Notes under the pieces: model-generated
Told to the model about the DNA's origin: nothing
Database searches by the model: none
What the model saw: only the letters and a program-made list of their open reading frames with translations
Translations under genes and position numbers: made by a program
DNA from: Octopus sinensis
Lineage: Eukaryota
Direction: 5' to 3'
DNA length: 64,000 bases
Assembly: GCF_006345805.1 (NCBI RefSeq)
Contig: NC_043008.1
Location: 5,084,001 to 5,148,000 of the forward strand
Shown here: positions 1-14,000 of the stretch, in pieces
How positions within the stretch are numbered: the stretch's first letter is position 1
Layout: the number at the start of each line of letters is the position of its first letter

Positions 1-1892
1 AAGTTTGCAGAGAACTTGGTGACAGATCAAACTTTTGATATCTAAGACCACCCTTGGTTCTAAGATATTAACTTTTTGTTTTAAAGTAATCTAATTGAAT
101 AAATCAATGACTGACGGATTTGAAACGGTGACCATCTTGTCTATTTCTTTCATCCCCCCCCCCCCCAGACAGTGCGTCTTGTATTACATTTCCAGCATAC
201 CATTATTTTTTAAGAAGGTGCAATTTGAGGGAGATTTGGTAGCTATTCTTTGCAGGTCAAGTGACCATATAGAAGGTCACTCTACAATCATCAAGTTTGA
301 GAAGAAAAACTTGTGTAATAACAACAGAAGATAAGTAAGATGGATGCTATGGTGGGTGACTGAGCATCCAATTTACTGGGTTTTTTGGGTTTTTTCTTCA
401 TGGTTGCCCTCTAAAGTATGTGTGTGTTGCTATAGTCCCATACCAAATATATGATCAGCATTCCAACATAGGACAACTCAAACTCTTGTAAACTGTTGCC
501 ATCTGTTCAGAGGTGAGTCTCTTTTAACTCTAAAAAGGCAGAACTTCCATTGTGATACATTCTTGACTATGGAGAAAATATGAGATTATATCATCAGTGA
601 ATTGCAAGTCATATGAAAGCAAGAAAAATCAATTCTAGGAAAAATAAGGAAAGGAAATTCTGATCAATACATTTAGATCAAAAGAAATAAAACTGTAAGG
701 GGATTTTTAACCAGGATGATATATATTTTTTTTTCTGGTACTCTTTCAGTTATAACAACAAGGATTCCAGTTAATCCATTCAATGGAACAACCTGCTCAT
801 GAAATTAATGTGCAAGTATTCCTCCCACACACACACACTATTTTATTAAAGCCAAAATGAAACCTGTGTGTTTGTGAAGATTTTTCCAGCTTTAATAAAA
901 TAAGTGTTTTACTCTACCGTTGGTGTTCAGGTACTATTTTTTCCACCTTGCTTAGTACCTATGTACTTTTGTGTGTGTGTGTACACGTCGAATGATGAGA
1001 ATGAGTGCTTGATGAGACCTTTCCCGAGACATTGTGTTTTCATCCAAAATGAAGATGAACATCATTCCGCAATGAGATCAGTTTGAAAAATTGTTAAGAT
1101 ATTGTGATATTTTTCTTAACATGAAACCAATGGTAGCCTTCATATGCAAATATATATATCTATCTATATATATATATATATATATCTATATATATATATA
1201 TATATAATTTCTCTGTTTCCCCCAAAATGTCAGCAAATTGATTAAGTCCTCATGATATAAGAAGACAGAAAAGCCTGATATATCAAGCTAAACTGTTTGT
1301 CAGAGAACGAACAAAGTTTAAATGTCATGATTATCTGTCCAACAATATTAAACTCTACATGTGTTGAGTTTCCCTTTTCTTTTACTTTTTTTAACACATT
1401 TTTACATTTTAATGTATATAGATGTTATGCCATAAATCTTGAATTTCAAACGAAAGCTTTAACCTCAACAGTAAATATTTTTTTTCCAACTGTATTTCAA
1501 AATATATTTAAATGAGAATAAAAATCGACCAAAGAGATGACTACCGATATTTTTGTAGAGCAGCAAATGATCTTGTTGTGAGACATTAATAATGTACAGC
1601 TGTGCTAACTGTGTTCAGTGTTATCACAGACATATTAGAATTCTCAGATCTTCATGTTATATCATTTCAGGTTTTAAATGACAAGAAATCTACAGAAATC
1701 AATATTTACTGCTTAAAACATTTTCTTGCCATTCTTCATTCCCTCCTCTTTAACTATATATATATATATTTTTTTTTTTTTTTTGTTCTGTTTTGATGAT
1801 TTGGCATCAGAGATACAGTGATGAGAACTTGCACTTCATAAAATGAGAGAGTTTATCCATGTTCAGCAGTGTTTGGTTCTACTGAAGTAAAT

Positions 1893-2093
1893 TTATTGTT
1901 GAAAAGGTTCATCCTTAGCTTCAATGTTTGTGTAGTTGGAGAACTTTTGGTGAATCCAGTCAGAATAGAAGGCAACACGTGTATAGACACTGGGATATCC
2001 AGATGTTCGACATCCACTCACTCCCCAAGATGTGATACCAACGAGATAGTAATAGCCATTACGTACACAAACTAATGGCCCACCAGAATCTCC
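1893..2093 (-). CDS. Protease terminal coding exon: Ser195 and stop
   Basis: Acceptor TTTTCAG. Encodes [48 protein letters not shown]...PFQQ then TAA. An AATAAA overlaps the stop codon. Confidence 0.95.
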   Translation of the reverse strand, partial: GDSGGPLVCVRNGYYYLVGITSWGVSGCRTSGYPSVYTRVAFYSDWIHQKFSNYTNIEAKDEPFQQ

Positions 2094-5000
2094 CTGAAAA
2101 TAATGAACAGATAGTTAAATGGGTGAACAAACAGACGCATATAAATAGAATAAGAGACTGACTGACATTGCAGATACAGCAATACAAAGGTAGGCAAATA
2201 GATAGACTTATAAATAGTCTAGATGTACTTTATAAAGCATATAGTGTTGCACACACAGATACAAACACACACACACACAGTCAACATAACTTAATGGAAA
2301 GTTCAAAAGGTCAATTCATGCATTTCAATTGCCTGGTTTATTCCAAATCGGAATCCATAGCATTCTGTAAATACATATTGTTATATAACCGTTCCATTTC
2401 TTTCAGGTAACATTCTGTCAAATATTTGGGGGAGGTGGGGCTCCAAAAGGGGTCTCAGCAGGGAATAGAATCCCTGCCTTCCTGGGCTAGTTTTCCATAG
2501 GCCTCACCAAGGAAATGACTAGTGATCAAGACTTTTCAAGCGTGATCGTTACCAGCCCCCAGTCATTTGTCCAACCCATGCTTGCATGGAAAGCGAACAT
2601 TAAACGATGATGATGATTTCTTCAAAGTCGTGGTGGAGGCCTTGGTCTCAGAACCACTCATGTCTAGAAACTGAGGTTGGGGCAAGCGAGGGCATGCTCA
2701 TCATTAGAAAATCCAGCTCTGAAAAGCCTAATGACAAAAGCAAAGAAGCATGGACACCAGCCAGCCCAAAGGTTGGTATGGGCTGCCCCTGTCTACCTGA
2801 AAAAGGAAGGTGCAAACCCACATCTTGGGTCATGCAAGTATGACTTGCCTTATGATGGCCGACGGCCTGAGGAGAAGCTTGAGGTGAGGTGTGTGAAGAA
2901 TTGAGGAAGAGGAGAATGGATGTGTGCAGGAGTCTAGGTGGAGGGACCAGGGTGCAAGATTTATGGGGGTCAGGGGAAGCTGTCTGCATTCAGGGCCCAC
3001 ATCTCACTCCCATGTAGAAGTGTTGTGCATATACAAGCATGATACCTATTTCTTTACTACTAACAAGGGGCTAAACACATAGGGGACAAACAAGGACAGA
3101 CAAACGGATTAAGTCGATTACATCGACCCCAGTGCGTAACTGGTACTTAATTTATCGACCCTCAAAGGATGAAAGGCAAAGTCGACCTCAGCGAAATTTG
3201 AACTCAGAACGTAATGGCAGACGAAATACCGCTAAGCATTTCACTCGGCATGCTAACGTTTCTGCCAGCTCGCCGCCCTTTACAAGCAGGATACCATCTT
3301 CCTTTCCCTTGGAGAGAGAAACTGTTCGTAGCCAACAGAGGGCAAAGCTCTCTGACATTCTTCCATCCTATTACACTCTCCATTCATCACTACAATTCTG
3401 GTTCCCTACGTAGCAGAAATTATCTACTGCCTCTAACGAGCCACCAGGGCACTTGAGAGAGATGGTTTATGAATCGTCATCATCATCGTTTAACGTCCAC
3501 TTTCCATGCTAGCATGGGTTGGACGATTTTGACTGAGGGCTGGCGAACCAGATGACTGCACCAGGCTCCAATCTTGATCTGGCAGAGTTTCTACAGCTGG
3601 ATGCCCTTCTTACGCCAACCACTCCGAGAGTGTAGTGGGTGCTTTTTACGTGCCACCGTCACGGTGGGGGGGGGGGGCAGTCAGGCAGTACTGGCACTGA
3701 CCTTGCTCGAATCATTTTACACATGCCACTGGCACAGGTGCCAGTAAGGCGACGTTGGTAACAATCACGCTCGAATGTTGCCCTTTTACGTTCCACTGGC
3801 ACGAAGCTAGTTGGCTGCTCTGGCAATGACCACACTCGGATGGTGCTCTTTGTACCCTCCTAGCACGGATGCCAGTCATCGAATTTGATTTTGATTTCAC
3901 TTGCCTCAACAGATCTTCACAATCAGAGTTTAGTGACCAAAGAAGAAGGTAGGCATAAGTGGGCTGGTTACGCTCCTGTCATAGGCCGCAGATTATGGTC
4001 TCATTTGGCTTGCCGGATCTTCTCAAGCACAGAAGTAGAAATGAAAATAAACCCCTAATATACTCACATTACAGGCTCCATTATCACCGTTTCCAACACA
4101 AATATGTGAATTGAGGATTCGTCGTCGACCCCACCGGATGGAACATTCAGAATTACTTCTGACATGAACTTGCAGTTCTTGCAGAATGCTCTGGTCTCCA
4201 TAATCTATTAGACAGAGGATGATAATTATATTAATGAAACAATAATAAGCAGATGAGCAACATTAAACACTGATCTAGAGCCTAGCACACACACACCCTC
4301 CTTAGGAAGTGGCTGTTTGAACTTATCACTACAAGATACATTTGCCATATTCTGAACGCCTTACTTCCCCAGGCATGGATACATTGAAACTCTGACGTCT
4401 GGCAACTGACTTGGCAGACCCCCATAAAATTATTAACCATCTTACAAACAATAACTCTGAGCACCTTTTCAAACTCCATCTGTCTAACACCCATGGACAT
4501 GTTTATAAAGTCAGAAAACAGCACAGCTCCCATGACTTTCGGAAATATTTTTTCACGCTGAGAGTTGCTGAAGCATGGAACAAACTGCCGGCATCAGTTG
4601 TTAGTTGTCAGAGCAATGCATATCCTTCAAAACTTCCATGCTTCCTGAGATTCACCAACACTACACCTGATTTTCTCCCCTCCATACACACACGCAAGCA
4701 TATATCTGACTCATACATTGTTCACTTTCCAGGCATTTGTACATTACTGCATATGCTTTATACGCACTTTTGACAAGTTGTGATGCACCTGAGCACTGTA
4801 TACAATAATTTCATTATTATTATTATTTATTAAGCTGCTTCTCTTGCACATGAAGAGGTCACGGATCCAGTACTACAGACATGGGATTAAAATGTTGCAG
4901 GGAAAAAAAATCACATGACAAATTCTTCAGGCTGAGCCAACCAGTAGCAGACCTTGGGTTGAACCAAGAATGAAATGGTTGGTTAATATCCATAGTCTTA

Positions 5001-8000
5001 GTTAGTCACCTCTAGGCCAACCTACACCCCAAGAGGAATACCGTCCACCCCACATCACTATCTGCAGTACCGAACTGAAATCAATTCAGCAGTTTATATA
5101 CCTGGTCTGCATCATCTCATTCGATGCAAGGATCGACAAAGAAATTGAAAATAGACTCTCTAAGGCAAATAGGTCCTTTGGCAGATTGTACAAACGTGTT
5201 TGGCACAATAATAACCTGAAGAACAAAACAAAGATCAGTGTCTACAGGGCCGTGGTTCTCACCACTCTTTTCTATGGCTCAGAGACTTGGATCACTTACC
5301 GCAGTCACATCCGTCTCCTCGAGCGCTTCCACCATCGATGTCTCCGCACCATCCTCAACATTCACTGGAGTGACTTCGTCACAAACATTGAAGTCTTGGA
5401 GCGGGCCGGGATCCCCAGCGTTGAAGCCATGCTACTGAAGTCCCACCTCCGATGGGCAGGGCATGTCTCCAGAATGGAGAACCATCGCCTTCCAAAGATT
5501 GCCCTGTTTGGCGAACTCTCCACCGGCCACCGAGTGAGAGGAGCTCTGAGGAAGCGCTACAAAGACTGCCTCAAGAAGTCTCTAACAGCATGTCATGTTG
5601 ACCACCAGTGCTGGTCAGACCTGGCTGCGGACCGTGATGTCTGGCACCACACGATCTTCAATGCAGTCAGCAAGTTTGAGGAACAAAGAAGAGATGCACT
5701 TAAAGACAAGAGACGCAGGAGGAAGGCATGAGCCGCCTCTGACACCACACCAGATGTCACCTTCGTCTGTGGACACTGCTCACGGACCAGCCTTTCCCAT
5801 ATTGGACTTGTCAGTCATGAGCGTGCATGCACGCAGCGTGGACAGCCTTCCTGATCTTCGTTCACGAAGCCAAGCCATGAGTTAGTCACACTTGGGAATC
5901 CAGCTAGGAAATATAGTGACAGATGCTTCTGAGAGGACCCTATGGGGGAAATGCCTAAACGCTATCCCTATAACTGTCACAGGAATAGTGGGTGGAGAAG
6001 ATGAATTGAAGTTACTCCCTAAAATACATCACTGATGCTAATTTTCAACCCCTTTTAAGAACTAAAATGTAAAATAAAACTCAGTGAGGTTTGAACCTGA
6101 ATATAAAGGATCCATTTTAGTTTCTAAATCTTTGTAGCAACATCATCATTATAAACCACCAAACAACTGGTAAAATAGATCTTACCTTTTGTCTCACCCC
6201 AGCCCATTGTCCAACATTCATCGCCAGGATGAAAGCCAGCGTTCTTTTCTGGGATGCAAGCTTGTCTAACGTAAAAACCAGTGACATCCGCAGGATGGTC
6301 CAAACGCATTAAAGCAATGTCGTTTGGATAATTACCACCATTTATGAAATTGGGGTGCTGGAATTGAGAGAAAAGAATTTGCAGCAGCAGCAGCAGTAGT
6401 AGTAGTTTTGACAAACACATTGTTTTACCATCCCAACAATGTACTAGCAACAGATTGTAATCAATCAAATCAGAATAAGATCAATGTTTAAGGAATAATA
6501 GAAGGACAGAAAGGGAGGGGGAGAGTGAGAGAGAGAAAGGGGACATATGCTAATTGAGGGGAGATAACGAAATATAATTAAATTGGGTGAAGAAGACAGA
6601 AGAAAAGCCAAAAAACACAGAGAAATATTTGTGTGAAATGAATCGAAATATTTAATGAAGCTGTTTTGGTGGAACTAAAACAGAAACAACAAAAAGAAAT
6701 GAAATAAAATTTTTAAAAATGTTTTCCTCATTACTTTGCATGAGAATGCAGAAGAGCAAGGCAGAAGAGCAAGGCAGTATATATTATGTCCTTAGCGTTT
6801 GCTATAGAAAAACAAACAGAAACCTAGTCGACCTTGCAGGTAAATGGAACCTCATTGAGACAAGTGGAAAAGCTTAAGTATGATGAGCCCATTCTCATGA
6901 ATGATGGCAAACAGGTGGCTGAAGTGGATACTAGAATTGCAGGAGCTGCTACAGTAACGCTTGGGTAATGATCAAAAGAACAACATCATGAATACAATCT
7001 ACCAAAATGGGGTTCCTCTGAACGATCTCTGGAGTACCATTACTCGACAGGGTGCATAACTTGGAGATCAAGGAGCCTCTCCAGTTTGAGATGGTACTTA
7101 TCTTCATTGAATGGTCACAGCTTCAGCACTATGGACATGGGATTAGAATGTTGTTGGAAAGAATTGCAAGACGGATTCTAAAAGCCAAACCAATTAGCAA
7201 GAGATCTAGGGTCTGACTAAGAATGAAAGGATTGGATAATATCCATTGCCTCAACTGGTCATGTTTGGGGAAATCTAGCAGGAAAGTGTAAGGATGGTTA
7301 TTTCTGATAAAACCTTATGAAACAGGTTCCTGACGACTTTAACAATCTTCTCAGGAAAAGCGGGTAAAGAAAATGGATAGATGGATGGATTGACAGGAGC
7401 CCTACCCACAAAACACTGTTATGGCCAAATTAGACCAGCAATCAACTAATATTAGCAACCAGATTATGAGTTTGAGAGTTCCCATTAAAAAGGGATGTTA
7501 TTCTACCTTGATAGGTATTTGTGTTCCAATAATGGTAATCAACTCTGATGGTACAAAAGTGGCTTATCTCAAGAGAAATGAACCAATATTAGTTCTTTCT
7601 AATTTTGGCACAAGGCCAGCAATTTTAGGAGAGAAAGAAGTCTATTACATTGATCCCAAGAGGATGAAAGGTAAAGTAGACTTCTGCAGAATTTGAACTC
7701 AGAATGTAAAGATGGACAAAATGTCTCTATTTTCTCCAACTTGTTAAGGATTCTGCCGGTTACTGCCTCAGGTCATGCTGTTAATAACGAGTGATTTTAA
7801 CTCCTACATTTGGCAAGAAGCTTAGAAGTGGCCCAGTGGCAACACAGATGAAGAACTTGTTTATGTTCTAAGTAGAGCCTCATCATTACCATCTTGAAAC
7901 AGAAGGAAGAATGTAAAGTGATTTTGGATATATCTGTACTCAAAACATAGACACCTAGACTTACATCATAACTAGATAGCATGAACAAAGATGAAATACA

Positions 8001-11000
8001 CATTGAACCAATAGATAGTGGCAGATGTGCCACCATCTGTCACACGGACCCCTGAGAAGAGCTTCAGTGGAAGACAGTCTTCAAAATAGTCCTGAGATGA
8101 AACAAGGTGAGACCAGCCAGCTTAAGTGGAAAGTTTGCAGTTAGGAATGGCAAAGACTTGGACACAAGATTCTGGATTTATGGAAAACACATACACAAAA
8201 AAAAAAAGATATACAGTTTGAATCATCATCATTTAACGTCCGTTTTCCATTCTGGCATGGGTTGGACGGTTTGACATGGAGCTGGGAGCTGCTCCAGACT
8301 CCAACAGTCTGTGGTGGTATGGTTTCTACAGCTGGATACCATTCCTAATGCCAACCACTTAACAGAGTGGTGTGCTGGGTGCTTTTTAGACGCCACTGTC
8401 ACAGGTGCTTTTTGAGTGACACTTGAAAGGACAAGCTTGTATGTGTGGAAGACAGTGATTTTACTTGGCTTGACGTGTCTTCTCAAGCACAGCAAATTGT
8501 CACAATGCAAGCTAAAATATTACTTGAGAAAACTAACAACTAAACAAGACTGGTTTGACCGTGAGAATGCTATGCTTGCTTCACTGCTGGAATAACACAA
8601 CCAAGCTCTATAGATGTGTGTCCAAGTTCCTAAGATTTGACAAGGCTCTGACAATGTTGTTGAGTGAAGACTTGTGTTAGTAGAGTGCTGCTGAAAGAAA
8701 GCTAGTGTAGATTGTTGATGAGTGAAGATTAGTGTTCACAGAGTGTTGTTGAGTAAAGACTAATTTTTCCAAAGTGTTGGTGAGGGAAGGTTGGTTTTTT
8801 GTAGAATGTTGGTGAGTGAAGGTTCGTCTTTCAAATCCAAGCATATGTAGAGGCAGTGACCGTTTCAGTTCAGTGCTTTTTCAGGATTAGAGACGATGCA
8901 GTCAGGAGATTAGTGTGAAGGGAAATAATGGAATTGCTATTGTTCTTAAGCTTTAGTTCAGCCATACTGAAGAGGCTTATAATCAAAGACATTCCGTCCA
9001 TGGCCATTCTGTTGTTTCCTTGTGTACTGGAAGTCAGGACAACATAACCTAACATATGTTTTTTAAGGCAAAGTGATTTAAATAAAATTGAACTACTATT
9101 TTTAGTAAGTTAAGCAACCATATAGAATCACTCCCCTTGACTTGAGTCACAATGACACAATGTAGAGAGATGGTTCAGAGAAAGGCCATGTAGGTTAAGG
9201 GATTCACCCTACAAACATGTTTCAGATTTGTTCTCCCTGTGTGGGACCTTAGGCAAGTGTCTTCTTGTCAGAGAAACTTGGTTGATAGGACCTGTATGGA
9301 AGTGCCTTGTGCATATAAGTATATTTGTATGTTTATGTGTGAGTGTGTCTGTGTATTTGCATTTACACCACTCCAGTAGCAGTAATGTTACCTATGCCCT
9401 GTGTAAACACTATGTCTGGCAGTCCGGTGGTGCAGTGTGTGAAAACCAGTGAAGTAAGTACCTTACTTGGAAGGAAGTAAGGACTGTTGACTGTGTGGGC
9501 ATCCTGCCATAGAAAGATGCCTTAAGAGGTCTAGCCTAACCCAAAGCAGCACCAAAAAAAATTTAAATAATGGACATGAAAAGAATAGTGTATAGATACT
9601 GTATAGAGACTTGGCAAAGAGATATAGTGAAAAAACAAAAAACATATATAGAAATACATTTGTAGAGATATAGAGTAGAAAGAGAGATAGAGAGAGTGCA
9701 GAAATATAGTGTAGAGATGTAGTGATGAAGTGTGAGGATATAGTGCAGAGACATAATTAGAAAATGTACAGATACAAAGTAGAGATGCAATGTAGAAATA
9801 TATGTATAAAGTATAGAGGTGGTAAAAGATTGAATACTGTTCAACAATAAAGATGGCAAATCACAGTCGTAGCAGATACCAGTGGCATGTAAAAGCACCC
9901 ATTACACTCTCAGAGTGATTGGTGTTAGGAAGGGCATCCAGCTGTAGGAACCATGCCAAATCAGACTGGAACCTGGTGCAGCTTTCCACCCCTGGTCAAC
10001 CCATACAACTCATGCCAGCAAGGACAATGGATGCTAAATGATGATTTACTAACAAAATAAAGAATAAAGAAGAGAAATAATTTATATACCCGTAAGATAA
10101 GATCTATTTTCCGATGCATTTCATTTCCAGTGTTGACTCCAAGCTGGAACTCTCCCAGGATAGCTCTCCAGTCACTTTCCTTCTCAAACTGATTCCTGAA
10201 ATATAAGTGCATAAACATACTACAAAGACTACTTTTCTGTACAAATGTTAGTCTTTATTTAGCAACATTCCAGAAAGACTAGATTTCAATAATTAACATT
10301 CTACAAAAGCTAATCTTTCCTTTCCAGCACTCGATAAAGACGAGCCTTCATTCATCAAAACTCTGCAAGGATTAATCTTCATACTACAAAGGCTAGCATT
10401 CAATTCCCACGCTCCATAAAGATTAGTCTTTATTTACTTGCAACCTACACAGACCTGCTTTTACTTTAACACATACAATATAAAAGTATCAATCACAAAT
10501 ACCATCACTTTCCAACAATCTACAAATGTTAACCTTCATTTTTCAACATTCTACAGAGACTAGCCTTAATTTCCTAACACACTACAAAGATGAGCCTTCC
10601 GTCTATAACACTGTCTTAAAACTAGTCTTTACTTTACAACATCAACACGGAATAGCAACCTTCAGTGACTGAAGTACTACAAAAACTCTTCAAAGATAGC
10701 ATTCATTCTCAAAACTCAAGAAATCCTGATCTTCATTGCAGAAAGACACCACATACATTATTCTTTCCTTTCTAAACTCTACAAATGCTAGACTTTATTT
10801 CTGAACTCTCTACAAAGATCAGCCTTCAGTCGCTAATAATCTGGAGACTATCTTTCATTCAAAGTGTGCAAACACTACTGACATTCTACAAATATTTTAC
10901 CTCATTGACATTTTACAATAACTGGTTTTCATTTACAAATACTGTACAAAGGCCAACTATTAGTCATTAGCATTCTACAAAGATATGCCTTGAGGGACCA

Positions 11001-14000
11001 TCAACAAGCTCTTTCATTCACCAGCACTCCACAATGGCTGGCCCTGAGCCACCAACACTTTTCAATGATTTACTTTCATTTCCAAACACTACAAACATAA
11101 CTATTAATTTCTCAACACTTCAGACCAGACAAACCTTCATTCACCATTACTTTTAAGCAGTGGCTCTCAGCTGGGGTCCATATGAACCTCAGTTTCTAAT
11201 AATATTTAATCATAAAAATATAATGGGTCTTTTTTAAACATGGAATGGCTATGGAGATCCATCCAAGCGAGACAGGAATGAAAGGGATCCACAGGCAAAA
11301 AATGGTTGAAAATTACGGCTCTACAAAGATAAGCCTTCCTTTTTTAATACACTAAAAGACATGGTTAACCTTCATTTGTCAACACTAAAAAGACTAGCTT
11401 TTAGAAACCAACATTCTACAAGACTACCTGTCACTTCTCAACACTCTATTCAAGTTTAATCATTACTCGCTGGTACTCTACAAAGATTAGTCTTTATTCA
11501 GCAACGCTCTACAAAGTCACACTAATTTGATTAACCTTTAATCATTTGCACTACAAAACTAGTTTTCATTCATTAACATTGAACAAAGATTAATCCTTCA
11601 TTTTCCAACACTTTACAAAAACTTACCTTGTTTCACCAATCTTAAGAAGACTTGTCTTCATTCACCATCACTCTCCAAGTACCAGCCATCCATCAGATTA
11701 GTTACAGTCTGTTTTATTTTGTCTTCCCACTATTAACAATGACCCTTTAAATCATTTTCAGTCTATCAGACTATTTAAGGCTGCAATTTGACAGCAACGT
11801 TAACACACCGAATGAAATATACTTAATAGCATTTTGTCATTCTTAACATTCTGAGTTCAAATTCAGCCAGGGTTAACTTTGCCTTTCATTCTTTCAAGGT
11901 TGATCAAAATAAGAACCAGTTGAACATTGGGCTCAATATAATCGACTTAGCCCCTTTCCCAGACCTGTTGGCCTTGTGCTAAAATTTGAAACCAATCTTA
12001 AAGCTACTTGATCAAGGTTGGCTGGCCTGGGGCTAAATGACAACACCTTCAATCTGCTTCATCAGTGTTGATCTGGAGCCAAACATCAATGAAATTACCA
12101 GTATCCGCATCTTCATGTGAGCATGTGTATGATCAGGGATGACTTGGTACTAAACAAAAACAAGTATTTTTTTTCTTAATATTTCTTTGAGGTAAATGCA
12201 CTTTTGGGATCTTTTCTTATACCCCTTTCCTCTCTATGCATTCCTTCCATTAACAACCTAAAACTGTTCAAGTTGGCCTTCTCATAGTTCATTACAGTCT
12301 GAGAAAACTTCACTGCTGATATTTTCTTTTTCCTCAAATTGTTGATAATGTTTCATGTTATTTACAATGAAGGATAGCTATAAATGCTTCGTAAATTTGA
12401 ATCGAGGAAAAATAGTTACAGAAAAAAGAATACCAAGGAAAAGTTCAATAAACAATTAACTTAACAGGTTTTTTTTTCTTTGTTTCAGGGATTTAACATC
12501 TATGATGATGATGATGATGATGATATATATAAAATTCTTTGTCTGTCTGTCTGTTCCCTATGCATTCTCAAATGGCTCCACCAAATCAAATCAAATTTTA
12601 CAAGGTAACAATATCAGACCCCATGAGTGTCAACATGTAATTTTTTTTTATTTGGTTTAAAACAATATAACATATATAAACAATATAACGTTGCCAGTAC
12701 CGCCTGACTGGCCCCCATGCCGGCAGCACGCAAAAGCACCCACTACACTCTCGGAGTGGTTGGCATTGAGAAGGGCATCCAGCTGTAGAAACTCTGCCAG
12801 ATCAGATTGGAGCCTGGTGCAGCCATCTGGTTCGCCAGACCTCAGTCAAATCGTCCAACCCATGCTAGCATGGAAAGCAGACGTTAAACGATGATGATGA
12901 TGACGAACATTGGCACTGGTTCCGAATTATGTGTCACAAGTGAAAGAATAACATATTGTAATGTGATATGATAGTTTCATTAATTCTAATGTGATAACAC
13001 TAAGATCATCTTATTTCTATTATATTTGAAACAAATGATTATCGCAGCAAGAGAGAAGGAAGATGAGACTTTCCCACGATCAGCAAAGACATAATGCAGC
13101 ACATCAGACAGAGTCTCAAGAGAGAAGGAAGATGAGACTTTCCCACGATCAGCAAAGACATAATGCAGCACATCAGACAGAGTCTCAAGAGAGAAGGAGG
13201 ATGAGACTTTCCCACGATCAGCAAAGACATAATGCAGCACATCAGACAGAGTCTCAAGAGAGAAGGAAGATGAGACTTTCCCACGATCAGCAAAGACATA
13301 ATGCAGCACATCAGACAGAGTCTCAAGAGAGAAGGAGGATGAGACTTTCCCACGATCAGCAAAGACATAATGCAGCACATCAGACAGAGTCTCAAGAGAG
13401 AAGGAGGATGAGACTTTCCCACGATCAGCAAAGACATAATGCAGCACATCAGACGAGTCTCAAGAGAGAAGGAGGATGAGACTTTCCCACGATCAGCAAG
13501 ACATAATGCAGCACATCAGACAGAGTCTCAAGAGAGAAGGAGGAGAGACTTTCCCACGATCAGCAAAGACATAATGCAGCACATCAGACAGAGTCTCAGA
13601 GAGAAGGAGGATGAGACTTTCCCACGATCAGCAAAGACATAATGCAGCACATCAGACAGAGTCTCAAGAGAAGGAAGATGAGACTTTCCCACGATCAGCA
13701 AAGACATAATGCAGCACATCAGACAGAGTCTCAAGAGAGAAGGGATGAGACTTTCCCACGATCAGCAAAGACATAATGCAGCACATCAGACAGAGTCTCA
13801 AGAGAGAAGGAGGATGAGACTTTCCCGATCAGCAAAGACATAATGCAGCACATCAGACAGAGTCTCAAGAGAGAAGGAGGATGAGACTTTCCCACGATCA
13901 GCAAAGACATAATGCAGCACATCAGACAGAGTCTCAAGAGAGAAGGAGGATGAGACTTTCCCACGATCAGCAAAGACATAATGCAGCACATCAGACAGAG

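Noticed and set aside
255-333. Exon-like segment (TTTGCAG...TAA|GTAAGA) and other plus-strand splice-like sites at 510 and 750
   Set aside because: No recognisable protein or consistent exon chain; cannot be supported without transcripts.
7797-8036. [13 protein letters not shown] as the missing protease exon
   Set aside because: 10195-10090 has proper splice sites, the required phases and a better WRAILGE match.
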